DNA of 63,498 bases, the filler included, from Octopus bimaculoides (taxonomy: Eukaryota): the NCBI RefSeq assembly GCF_001194135.2. It is 6 parts of 6 records of this genome, joined end to end, with 100 filler letters (N's around TTAATTAATTAA, not from the genome) between each part and the next. Parts side by side here need not be neighbours in the genome. Positions count along the whole stretch, not along the records: positions 1 to 28,453 come from NC_069002.1; 5 more parts are not named here. The stretch is one strand, 5' to 3'. Position 1 is the first letter of the stretch. Every line of letters starts with the position of its first letter. A program made the translations under genes and the position numbers. The notes under the pieces are model-generated. The model was given only the letters and a program-made list of their open reading frames with translations. It was not told the DNA's origin and ran no database searches. Positions 1 through 10,627 of the stretch are shown here, one piece after another.

Positions 1-305
1 GCCAACCAAAGCCTTGCAAGTGGATTTGGTAGACGGAAACTGAAAGAAGCCCTTCGTATGTGTGTATATATATATGTATATGTATGTGTGTGTATATGTT
101 TGTGTGTCTGTGTTTGTCCCCACCAACATCGGTTGACAACCAATGCTGGTGTGTTTACGTCCCCGTAACTTAGTGGTTTGGCAAAAGACACCAATAGAAT
201 AAGTACTAGGCTTACAAAGAATAAGTCCTGGGGTCGATTTGCTTCACTAAAGGCGGTGCTCCAGCATGGCCGCAATCAAAATGACTGAAACAAGTAAAAG
301 AGAGC

Positions 306-800
306 TCACTTTCTCGTATCAAGCACACTGTGGCTTAGCATATCAACTGGAATGGCTTCAGTCTCTCTACGGATGCTTGGTTTTAGTTCCACTGTTGTGT
401 GGGGTCTTCTTGCATATACCCTATCCTTGAGGTGACCCCACAGAAAGTAGTCCACTGGGGTTAGATCCAGCGATGTGGATGGCCAGTGGGTATCACGTAA
501 TCTCGAATGGAGATGTCCAGGGAGTTGTTCTTGAAGACTTGTCATTGACAGTTCTGCTGTCTGACTCATGCTTATTTGAATATTAACAGATGAAATTCTT
601 CAGTTTGTTCATAATTTTTTTTTTTTTTGTCTCTTGTTTTCTAGAATGTTCTAAACCATTTACTGGATTACCAGCTCCGAACCGAGAAGTTGTTTGAACA
701 AAGTCGTCAAGTGTACCCAGTAAATGCTCGCACCGAACCTCTAACACATGCTGTGAAAGCCAAAGCTCTCCTGTGTTATCAACATGAAGATGTAAGTTTT
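306..800 (-). mobile_element. Tc1/mariner transposase fragment (pseudogenic)
   Basis: HWPSTSLDLTPVDYFLWGHLKDRVY is a degenerate WPPRSPDLTPLDFFLWGxLKxxVY motif. The upstream piece contains KNLHLH. Confidence 0.85.
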
Positions 801-962
801 TATTTATTGACTGAATAAATCCAACAGTTAACACTTCAACATTTTAGCATTTAAACCAGTCATATCCTGCCCAAATATTCTGCCTGTTTTATGTTCAAAC
901 CAACCAGATCTGGTCTCTTACACCTACCCTACACTGTCATTCTACAAGTAAACAAAGAATGA

Positions 963-2285
963 TTTCGTTTTACACGTTTCGGTTGTTTAAAAACCTTATC
1001 AAATATATGTGCTTAAATGAAATATGTAGAGAAAAAAGATTGTTAATAAAATAAATGTTCATAGTGTGCTTTCTTTTTCCTGTAAGAGCACGTGGTAATT
1101 TCCATTAATTATCGTGGCATTGCTAGCAGTAATTTCAGCTGTTGTCTGTGATGGTAAATTAAGTAGTGTGGTCACAATTGTTTTCAAAAGGAGTGGCCGT
1201 AGTAGTCAAATAAGCAGTAGTAGCAATAATAGTCATAAAGTTATCTCCCCTGAGGCCTTCACAGAAATGGATTTATTTAATCTCTTATTTTTATTTCTTA
1301 TGAATAATATACATATAGTTTCAGTGTTCTGAGCTTAAAGAATTTAGACTCTGTCGATACTTTCTTATGAAATGCATTTTCTTGCTAATGCGTTCATTTT
1401 GGCTAGCATTTTGTCTTTGAATTTGTATAATGGAAAAGTTAGGAATTTGGGAAATTTATTGGATGCACATCTGTCTATGTGTTCGCTGACAGATATTTTC
1501 CTGTATTCCGGAATTCTAATTTGGGATTTGTGCACCGCCATCCTCTGACGTAGGCTGTTTTTTCTGTGTCCAATAAATTGCCGTTTGCATCCTGAGCATG
1601 TAATTAAGTAAATCAAATTCTCCGATGCACATGTAAAGTTAGTTTTTATGGTAAAATTTTGGCCTTGTTCTAATCGGTATTCTGATCCTTCTATCATGTT
1701 GATACAGATCTCCCGCACTTTTTTACTGTCGGCTTTGTGGTTATTGTTGAGTGTAATTTGGCCTGGGTTAAAATCCTCTTCATTAATTTTGGCTGTCTCT
1801 TATTTTTGATGATTGTGTGTTTGGAGGATTTGATTCATCTTTGGGTCCCTCTTGAGTAGAGCTGTGCTATGGGGTATAGTGTTGAAGGCCTCATTGTTAT
1901 GTGGGTTGTGTGTGGAGATGTAAGGCAGGGTTTTCAATTTTTCTTCCTTCTTTGGCCTTGGTTGTCTAAATTCTTGTGTATCTAATCTAAGGACTCAGAT
2001 CGTATTGTCGATTAAGGCTTGTGGGTAATTTCTATTGATGAGTGTAGTTTTTAATTCTTGGAGTCGTGTGTAATGGGTGTTTGTGTCTGATACTATTGTG
2101 CATATTCTTTCGGCTAAACTAAAGTGGATATTAATGGAATTAATGGAAATTACCATGTGCTCTTACAGGAAAAAGAAAAGTACATTATGAACATTCATTT
2201 TATTAATAATCTTTTTTTCTCTACATATTTCATTTAAGTACATATTTTTGATAAGGTTTATAAACAACCAAAACATGTAAAACAA
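963..2285 (-). mobile_element. 5'-truncated Penelope-like retroelement (RT C-terminus + GIY-YIG endonuclease) with inverted terminal arms
   Basis: ORF 1365-1718 FTCASENLIYLITCSGCKRQFIG...RQRMAVH is a Penelope GIY-YIG with its CxxC insert. Upstream - strand sequence reads NIHFSLAERICTIVSD...RLQELKTTLINRNYP. Segments 963-1110 and 2138-2285 are reverse complements. Confidence 0.9.
967..1005 (-). ncRNA. Minimal type I hammerhead ribozyme motif (U3-A8 variant) in the Penelope terminus
   Basis: The - strand reads UUGAUAA-GGUU-N7-AACC-GAAAC-GU-GUA-AAAC. Stem II is 4 bp; stem I is very weak in this copy. Confidence 0.5.
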
Positions 2286-4534
2286 AAACATTTTTCTAAT
2301 GTTTTTATATAAAGAAATTTAAATGTACCTAATTTTTTAAAAGTAGCAATTTCGTTCTTCTTTTTCATAAATATATATATGTATATATATCAGCATTGTT
2401 TAACATTCACTTTTTGTGGGAAGGGAGCCAGTCAATTAGATTGACCCCACTACGCAACTGGTACTTAATTTATCGACCCCGAAAGAATGAAAGACAAAGT
2501 TGACCTCAGCGGATTTTGAACTCAGAATGTAAAGACAGACAAAATACCACTAAGAATTTCGCCCAGTGTGCTAACATTTCTGCCATCTCACCACCAGTTC
2601 TCTTTTTATTGATATGACCTTGTGTTTTCCCCTATCGCTGATGGTAACACAACCTAGTTTGTGTAGTTGTACATAACACTAGCCCTGATTGAGGTTGCCA
2701 ACGTTACAAGGGTGTTGCACGAAACCCGACACCATGAAATATATCTGTGATAGCTTGGAGAGATAGATGAGACTATTACACTAACTTACCTTGACTCAAA
2801 TATCATTGATTCTAAATCCAAGTCATGAGTTAGTGACACTACCAAATACCATTGCCTCGTGGAGTCATGTTACTGATTAAATATTTAGATTTAACACAAA
2901 GATCACACTCACACACACATGCACAGATATATATATACATACATATATATGTGTGTACATCCATACGTGTGTGTGCGTGTGTGTGCGTGTGCATGCGCAT
3001 GTGTGTGTGTACACTCATATACATATACACACATGTATGTGATGGGCTTCTTTCACCTTCCATCTACCAAATTCTCTCACAAGTTTTTGGTTGGCACAAG
3101 GCTATAGTGGAAAACACTTGCCCTAGGTACTGCACAGTGAGACTGAACCCAAGACCTCATAGTTGGGAAGCTGTTTCTTAACCCACGCTGCCACACCTGT
3201 GTATCACATAACTACAAATAATATTTCCTCTCTTATTTCTACACCCAAGACACCATTGATAATATATATATAAATATATATAGATATAGATCAGATGTGT
3301 CAAGCTAAGCAAAATTGCTGTCTGCCACACATACAAGATTGTTCTTTCAGGTGCCACTGCCACATAGAAAAGAACCATACCAGTGGCACGTAAAAAGTGC
3401 CCAGCACACTCTGTAAAGTGGTTTGCGTTAGGAAAGGCATCCAGCCATAGGAACCATGCCTCAACAGACAACTGGAGTCTGGACAGCTCATGTCAAACTG
3501 TCCAACCCATGCCAACATGGAAAATGGATGTTAATTGATGAAGATGATATATATATATAAATATATATATATATAAATAAATAAATTATATATATANNNN
3601 NNNNNNNNNNNNNNNNNNNNNNNNNNNNNNNNNNNNNNNNNNNNNNNNNNNNNNNNNNNNNNNNNNNNNNNNNNNNNNNNNNNNNNNNNNNNNNNNNNNN
3701 NNNNNNNNNNNNNNNNNNNNNNNNNNNNNNNNNNNNNNNNNNNNNNNNNNNNNNNNNNNNNNNNNNNNNNNNNNNNNNNNNNNNNNNNNNNNNNNNNNNN
3801 NNNNNNNNNNNNNNNNNNNNNNNNNNNNNNNNNNNNNNNNNNNNNNNNNNNNNNNNNNNNNATATATATATATATATATATATATACATACAGTTCTCAT
3901 ATTCGGTTAAAATGTCTTACGTTTAAGTTGGTTCCCATGCATTTCCCTGAAGAGAAGATTACATTCTTAACATCACCTATTCCTATGGAAGGTATAATTT
4001 GTAATCTTCAAAACATATGTTGGAAATAAAAGTATGCAGTTAACATATGCGTTTTACTCCATTCACTAAATTTATATATATATATATATATATGCATATA
4101 TGGGTACAGGACGTTACAAACTGTAAACAACATGAAATACAAAAACAAATCAGTTAATATGCAAATGAGAGAAACAAATGGAAGACAGGACAAGTAACAT
4201 AAAGAACGACCCTTCATCAGTTATCGGCATGTGTCTTCTACTCTAGGTACAAGGCCTGAAATTTTGGGGTGGGGGCCAGTCGATTAGCTCGACTCCATTA
4301 TGCAACTGGTACTTAATTTATCAACCCTGAAAGGATGAAAGGCAAAGACGACCTTGGCGGAATTTGAGCTCAGAACATGAAGACAGACAAAATACTGCTA
4401 AGTATTTCGCCCGGCATGCTAACGATCCTACTAGCTCGCTGCCTTCTACTGTAGCCTTGTGCTGGCCACAGCCTTGTGAGAGGATTTAGTAGATGGGAAC
4501 TGAAAGAAACCTGTAATATATATACATATATATA

Positions 4535-4696
4535 CCGTAAATCCTCGAGTATAGTCCGCCCTTGAGTATAATATGCAGGGGATTTTTAGAGGCTGTACTT
4601 CTGAAAAACCTAAACCTTGTGTATAATACGCACCCCTTCTCTAACTTGAGTCAAGGAGGTCTATATAACGTCCTTGGTTTGTAAACATATATACGG
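4535..4696. mobile_element. Possible pogo/Tc2-like MITE
   Basis: TA|CCGTAAATCCTCGAGTATA at the left and TACGG|TA at the right. Only about 5 bp of the TIRs match. Confidence 0.4.
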
Positions 4697-4919
4697 TAAC
4701 GTCCTTTATTATTATTGTATATATAACATAATGCAAACGTGTAGCTTTTTTGTGCACTTTGTTTGCAGAAAATAAAGAAATAACAGTAATAAAGCCAGTG
4801 AAAAATAAATATAGCTTAAGGTATTTTCGCGCCCGACATTACAAAATGCGTCTGAATAAACATTGTAGGACAGCAAATAGAGACTCNNNNNNNNNNTATA
4901 TATGCTCATATATCATTTG

Positions 4920-4954
<35 letters not shown>

Positions 4955-5394
4955 GTCAGGTTTGTGTGTGTTTGAGTATAGATAAAATACAGATTTATTT
5001 TTAACTTCTGTGTTGTTGTCTAGCAACCAACCATAACAAACAGGTCATGCCTTCTAAAATGTCAATGTTTAAACTTTACAAACTACAATTTGTAATGAAA
5101 CCACATCGTTAAAAGAAATTAATTGTAAGTGGATCTTCGGTTTTATTTAAATTGCTGTTGTTGTTATTATTATTATTATTATTGCTTCATACATGCACAA
5201 CAGATTAGACTGTTGGTAAAAAAAAGAATTCTAACATCAGACTACAACAAGTAACCTTAGATACCAAGAATCTTCCAAGTTCCTAGCTATCCCTAATGAT
5301 ACTGTTTTTTTCTGAAGCTGTACCTAGGTCTTGTGCCTATTTCTTTGATCCGTCTGTTCAAATTCTTAGGAATAGTTCCTAACTCACATATAAC

Positions 5395-5425
<31 letters not shown>

Positions 5426-5655
5426 GAGTGAGAAAGCACAGTGCATGCCATCAGAGTGACACTGGGGTAAAATATATGAAGCCCATTATACCCATCATGG
5501 CTACCCATCTGATAAGGGTACACCAGGCACATGCATCACAACTATATGTGCGCAACATGGTGATCTCATATCAAGATAAACAGTGCACGGCCTTGCAGGT
5601 GTGGCCCAGTTAGAATTTTCTTCACATAGAGTAGCCCATCCCACTCAAAAGGTCC

Positions 5656-5712
5656 TATTGTTATAATTATTATTATTATTATTATTATTAGTTTTATTAT
5701 TATCATTATTAG

Positions 5713-5771
<59 letters not shown>

Positions 5772-5797
5772 GTTTTATTATTATCATTATTATTATA

Positions 5798-5837
<40 letters not shown>

Positions 5838-5852
5838 GTTTTATTATTATTA

Positions 5853-5882
<30 letters not shown>
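5656..5882. repeat. (ATT)n microsatellite with recurring AGTTTT interruptions
   Basis: Seen directly; source of the poly-I and poly-N ORFs. Confidence 0.95.
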
Positions 5883-5883
<1 letters not shown>

Positions 5884-6174
5884 GTTGTTGTTTTTTTCCT
5901 TCTTTCTTCAAATTTTCTTCCATTTCTCGCCAAGTGTTTTCCGTACACCTAGGGCAGAGAAACTCGTTGTAAGCAAGAATTGTTAGAACGCTGGGTGAAA
6001 TGCTTAGTGGTATTTCGTCTATCGTTACGTTCTGAGTTCAAATTCTCCCAAGGTTGACTTTACCTTTCATCCTTTCGGGGTCAATGTGATCGATTGTCCC
6101 TCTCCCCACAAGAACCCCAAGCTTTGTGCCTATTGGAGAAATGATTATCATTATTGTTGTTATTTTCGTTTCAG

Positions 6175-6237
6175 ATTTTAATAGTAAAAGGTGAAACTTG
6201 TATCTTGCTTGAAAATTCTGATCCAGCCAGATGGAAA
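6175..6237 (+). CDS. Plakin/spectraplakin-family gene, coding exon A (SH3 of the plakin domain, first half): ILIVKGETCILLENSDPARWK
   Basis: Acceptor tttcgtttcag, donor gtaagt, 63 nt, phase 0-0. The motif KGETCxLLxNSxxxxWK matches my recollection of the SH3 insert in Shot/MACF1/dystonin. Too short to appear in the ORF track. Confidence 0.88.
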
Positions 6238-6774
6238 GTAAGTATTTGTAGACATAGCCAACATCACTTGGTTGTGTTGTTTTTTTATTATGTTTTTATG
6301 TGACTGGGTCTGAAAAGGGAGTAACACAATACCCATGACGAGTGGCTGGGAAGAAACTAGGTTTCCGGTATTACTACAGCTGGGAGCTGCTTATGAAAAT
6401 ATTGGGTTTGACATTCTCTGACCAGAGGAGACCTGCTCTGAATGCTTGTGATAGAGTGAACCCTACAAAATGCACCAAGGACCAAATAGGGTTTTGAAAT
6501 TCTTTAAAAATGCATCAAGGATTGGATGAGGGTGATAAACTTTACTAAATGTTTGGAGAACCAGATGGAGATTTTAAACTCTGTTAAATGCTGAAAGGGC
6601 CAGATGAGGATTTTAAACTTCAGAGAGCACAAACCTCTGTCAAGGCAACACCAACATCCTCTCAATGATTAGCTGGAGATGATTTTTAAAATGAGAATAT
6701 CTGAAATAAACTCAACTGTTCTCACCAACGAGAATACTAAAAATGAACACAACCACTCTCAAAAATTAGGTAAA

Positions 6775-6972
6775 AAAAAGAGGAAAATTAATCTAAAATT
6801 CTTGTCCAGTACTGGATCGATCCCCAAATCTAATCAGTTTGTGCCAGTTACGAGGCCAAACATCCCTGAAAGTTTCATCCAAATCCATCCAGCAGTTCTT
6901 GAGATATCTTATCCACGGACAAACAAACACAACTGAAAACAATACCTCCGTCTTTGCTAAGGTGGAGGTAAT
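6775..6972 (+). mobile_element. Non-autonomous Helentron/HINE-like element, 3' portion
   Basis: Ends ...gacaaacaaacac...TACCTCCG-tctttgctaagg-TGGAGGTA-ataa: short microsatellite plus terminal hairpin. Confidence 0.45.
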
Positions 6973-7207
6973 AAACAAGTATTACATATGCCAGTAATCT
7001 GAATGCTAAAGGGTTAAAGTCCAGCCGTATCCAGACCAAATATTCTCCGGGTATTATGCTCCTCAATCTGTAAGCTAAAGGGTCAATGGTTAGAGATTTC
7101 TTCCCGTTGTTAGCTCAAACGTCTGACATAAAAAAAGTCTTCTATGAAACAAATTAAATGATGTCTTTATTGAGGAATAATTATAAAATGTTGTCTTTTA
7201 TTCTCAG

Positions 7208-7299
7208 ATAAGAAATTGTCGTGGCAAAGAAGGTGAAGTTCCTGCAATTCTTTTAGTCATTCCGCCTCCTCATTCTGAAGCTTGCAATGAAGCCTCAAG
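7208..7299 (+). CDS. Plakin-family exon B (SH3 second half): IRNCRGKEGEVPAILLVIPPPHSEACNEAS(R)
   Basis: Acceptor ttttattctcag, donor gtaaga, 92 nt, phase 0-2, in frame with exon A. G-x-EG-x-VP-x-x-x-L-x-IPPP is the characteristic end of the plakin SH3. Confidence 0.9.
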
Positions 7300-7739
7300 G
7301 TAAGAATATCACTTCGTCTTTCCTGTCTTCTACTTGCTTCAGTCATTGGGCTGCATGTGGCCATGCGGGAGCACTACTTTGAAGGGTTTAGTCAAACAAA
7401 TCGACTCTGGTGCTTTTTTTTTTTTTTTGTCTAGTACTTATTTTATTAGGTTCTTTTGCTAAACTGCTAGGTCACAGGGACATAAACAAAACAACACCAA
7501 TTGTCGAGCAGTAGAGGGATAGACAGACACACTCACACACACATGCACACACACACACACACACACGCACACGCAAGTGTGCCCACGCCATAGACCACCA
7601 CACATTTCTGTCTACCAAATTCACTCACAAAGCATTGGCCAGCCCAGGGCTATAGAGAAAATACTCACTCAAGATGCAGCATAGTGAGACCAAACTCAAA
7701 ACCACATGGTTTGGAAGCAAGTTTCTTAAACACGCAGCC

Positions 7740-8250
7740 ATAAATCTCAAAGCTCTGAGATAATCCATGATTAATTCAAAACAACGCGAATAAATGAGGA
7801 TTACTTTCGACAGGGTGATCTGAATGCTGAAGGGTCAAACCAGCCCTATCCAGGCCAAATATTCAATCTATTTTGCATTCAAATCAGCCACATTTAGCCT
7901 CTCACACGTACCTTACAATGTCATTCTAAAAGTAAACAATCACATCATTGAAATCTCGTAGCTACAAGATAATGCATAATTAATTCAAAACAACGTGGAT
8001 AGATAAGCATTATATTTGACAGAGTAATCTGACTTGTTTTATGTTCAAATTGTCAAGATCTGGCCTCTCACACCCACCCTACAATGTCATTCTAAAAGCG
8101 TACAATCACATCATTGACATCTCGAAGCTATGAGATAATACAGGATTAATTCAATATAGTCTGAATAACTAAGTGTTACATTTGACGCAGTAATCTTAAT
8201 GCTAAAACGTTAAACCAGTCAGATCCGGCTCAAATATTCTACCTGTTTTA
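7740..8250 (+). repeat. Two to three tandem, diverged copies of a ~200-bp dispersed repeat (also at ~835-955 and ~6975-7090)
   Basis: Recurring ttaattcaaaacaac...gacag.gt.atctgaatgct.aagggttaa and ctctcacac.taccctacaatgtcattcta. The gggttaa end suggests a TTAA (piggyBac-type) MITE origin. Confidence 0.7.
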
Positions 8251-8423
8251 TGCCTGTTAAAATTTCATAATTCTTTCAGATTCCTAAAATCATGTTTTCC
8301 ATTTAGAGAAATCTTCAATATTTTGTTTTCGCAATAATGATCTACATTCTACAGTAATTTCTCCATCTTAATTAATTATTCTGCAGTTTTCTTTACAAAC
8401 ATGTCTCCTTTTCTGTTTAAAAG

Positions 8424-8529
8424 GCTTCGTCAACAAATGGTTGTTCTATGGAGAGCTGCTCAGCCTTTACTCAGACAACACATAATGACATTCCTCAGTA
8501 AAATTGCGAAAGACACTCAAACCAAGCAG
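8424..8529 (+). CDS. Plakin-family exon C (spectrin-repeat helix): (R)LRQQMVVLWRAAQPLLRQHIMTFLSKIAKDTQTKQ
   Basis: Acceptor ttttctgtttaaaag, donor gtaaat, 106 nt. The first G completes the AG|G Arg codon from exon B. The LW...LRQ pattern follows the SH3 in Shot-like proteins. Confidence 0.85.
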
Positions 8530-9155
8530 GTAAATTCTTCATTTTATTTCAAATTAGACATTCACCATCATCATCGTTTGAATGTCCTTTTTTCTTTCTA
8601 TTCTTGCTTGGGTCAAATGAAGTTTCTCCAGGCAGATTTTCTACAGTCAGCTGACCTTTTGCTGACACTCACCTGTGTCCTCAAAAGGTATCATACCCCC
8701 CCTGTTTACAATTATGGTATGTCAGGAGAAGACACAATCATGCAAACACATACACTTTTGTATACAAACATATCGTCATCACCATCGTCTTAAAATAATT
8801 TATGTAATTTATGTAAGACTGAAAACTCTGCAACTTGCAGCTGTTGCCAGTGTGCAGAAACAAATGTTGTAATTTGTAATTTGTTAAGGGAGAATCCTGA
8901 ACACCCCCACGTGACTGAAGATGGACTAGCTGATTACTGGCGTGCTGGCAGAAACGTTAGCATGCCAGGCGAAATGCTTAGCGGTATTTCGTCTGGCTTT
9001 ATGTTCTGAGTTCAAACCCTGCTGTGGTTGACTTTGCCTTTCATCCTTTCGGGGTCGATAAATTAAGTATACCAGTTGTGTAGTAGAGTCGATCTAATCG
9101 ACTGGCTCCCTCCCGCAAAATTTCCGGCCTTGTGCTTAGAATAGTAGAAAAGTAT

Positions 9156-9227
<72 letters not shown>

Positions 9228-9276
9228 GTGTGTGTGTGTGTGTGTGTATGCACACATATATGTATGTACTTCTCTA

Positions 9277-9331
<55 letters not shown>

Positions 9332-10154
9332 ATTATATCATAATATATAATTGCATGTATTTGTTTGTATCGGTCTGCGTAATCTCCCGGAAGACAAAGT
9401 CAGGTTATCTCCCTTCTACCTGCTGCTAGCGTCTCTCATTCTTACAATCGAACCGCCTTGTCGACTGCAATTAGTGACACCTGTTGCAAGGGAGAGAAGC
9501 AGGAGTTTTTTCACCTGGACCAGGTGCAATAGGATTAATACAGTACCATTTGTATTATTAACCTCTGCTTCGTACAACTTAGATATTTATAGGACAGTAA
9601 ATCTTGTTAGATTAGTAACTGTCGTCACACACGTATTCACACGTTCTCTCTCTCTTTCTTTCTCTACTTCTACACAGACGCACATCGTCCATACATTGTC
9701 TTTTCTTGTCGTTTTTCGTTTACTGGTTTTAGTCATTAGACTCTGGCCATGCTTCAGTACGGCCTTGAAAAATTTTTAGTCAAACAAATCGAGCCCAGTA
9801 CTTATTTAATTTAAAGCCCAGTATTCTATCGGTTCGTTTTGTCAAACCGCTTAGTTACAGGAACCTAAATACACCAACGCCTGTTGTTAACTGGTCGTGG
9901 GGGACAAACGCATGCGCGCACACACAGGCGCTCGCACACACACACACATTCTTTTATTCTTTTAATTGTTTTAGTGATTTGACTGCGGCCATGCTGGGGC
10001 ACCACGTTTAGTCAAACAAATCGACCCCAGGACTTATTCTTTGTAAGCCTAGTACTTATTCTATTGGTTCCTTTTGCTGAACTGCTAAGATACGTGGACA
10101 TAAACGCACCAACATCGGTTGTCAAATGACAGTGGGGGATAAACACACGCATAA

Positions 10155-10243
<89 letters not shown>

Positions 10244-10467
10244 TGTTGATTCGATGTAGAGAGTGAGCTAATGTGTGGCACAAAGATTTGATCACTGTAA
10301 ACAAATCACCTGTGCATGACATTCAGCAAAATCTGATTGCTCTCATATGTCGTCCTTGACGGGAGCGTCCATCTCTCTCTCTCTCTCTCACACACACACA
10401 ATGTTTGCATTTTATTTGTCTCAATATATATATATATATTATGTATGCATTTTGCTTTGTCTTTCAG

Positions 10468-10627
10468 CTCCAGACCTTTAGTGCCTCTCAAAAAGCTAAT
10501 ACAATGAAATTATTAAACGAAGCCATCCAACTTTTTCATGGTTCTTCCTTTGACCAAGATTACAAGAACTTCCAGAAACATGTCTCTGGTATCAGAAGAG
10601 TTCTCACTCAGACACGCACAAACAAAG
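10468..10627 (+). CDS. Plakin-family exon D: LQTFSASQKANTMKLLNEAIQLFHGSSFDQDYKNFQKHVSGIRRVLTQTRTNK
   Basis: Acceptor tttgctttgtctttcag, donor gtcagt, 160 nt, phase 0-1, compatible with exon C. Amphipathic helical composition. Weaker similarity to Shot than exons A-C. Confidence 0.75.

Noticed and set aside
2656-2740. Hairpin followed by CTGATTGAG...CGAAAC, resembling a type III hammerhead
   Set aside because: The core has an extra U, no NUH triplet adjoins stem I, and stem III does not form.
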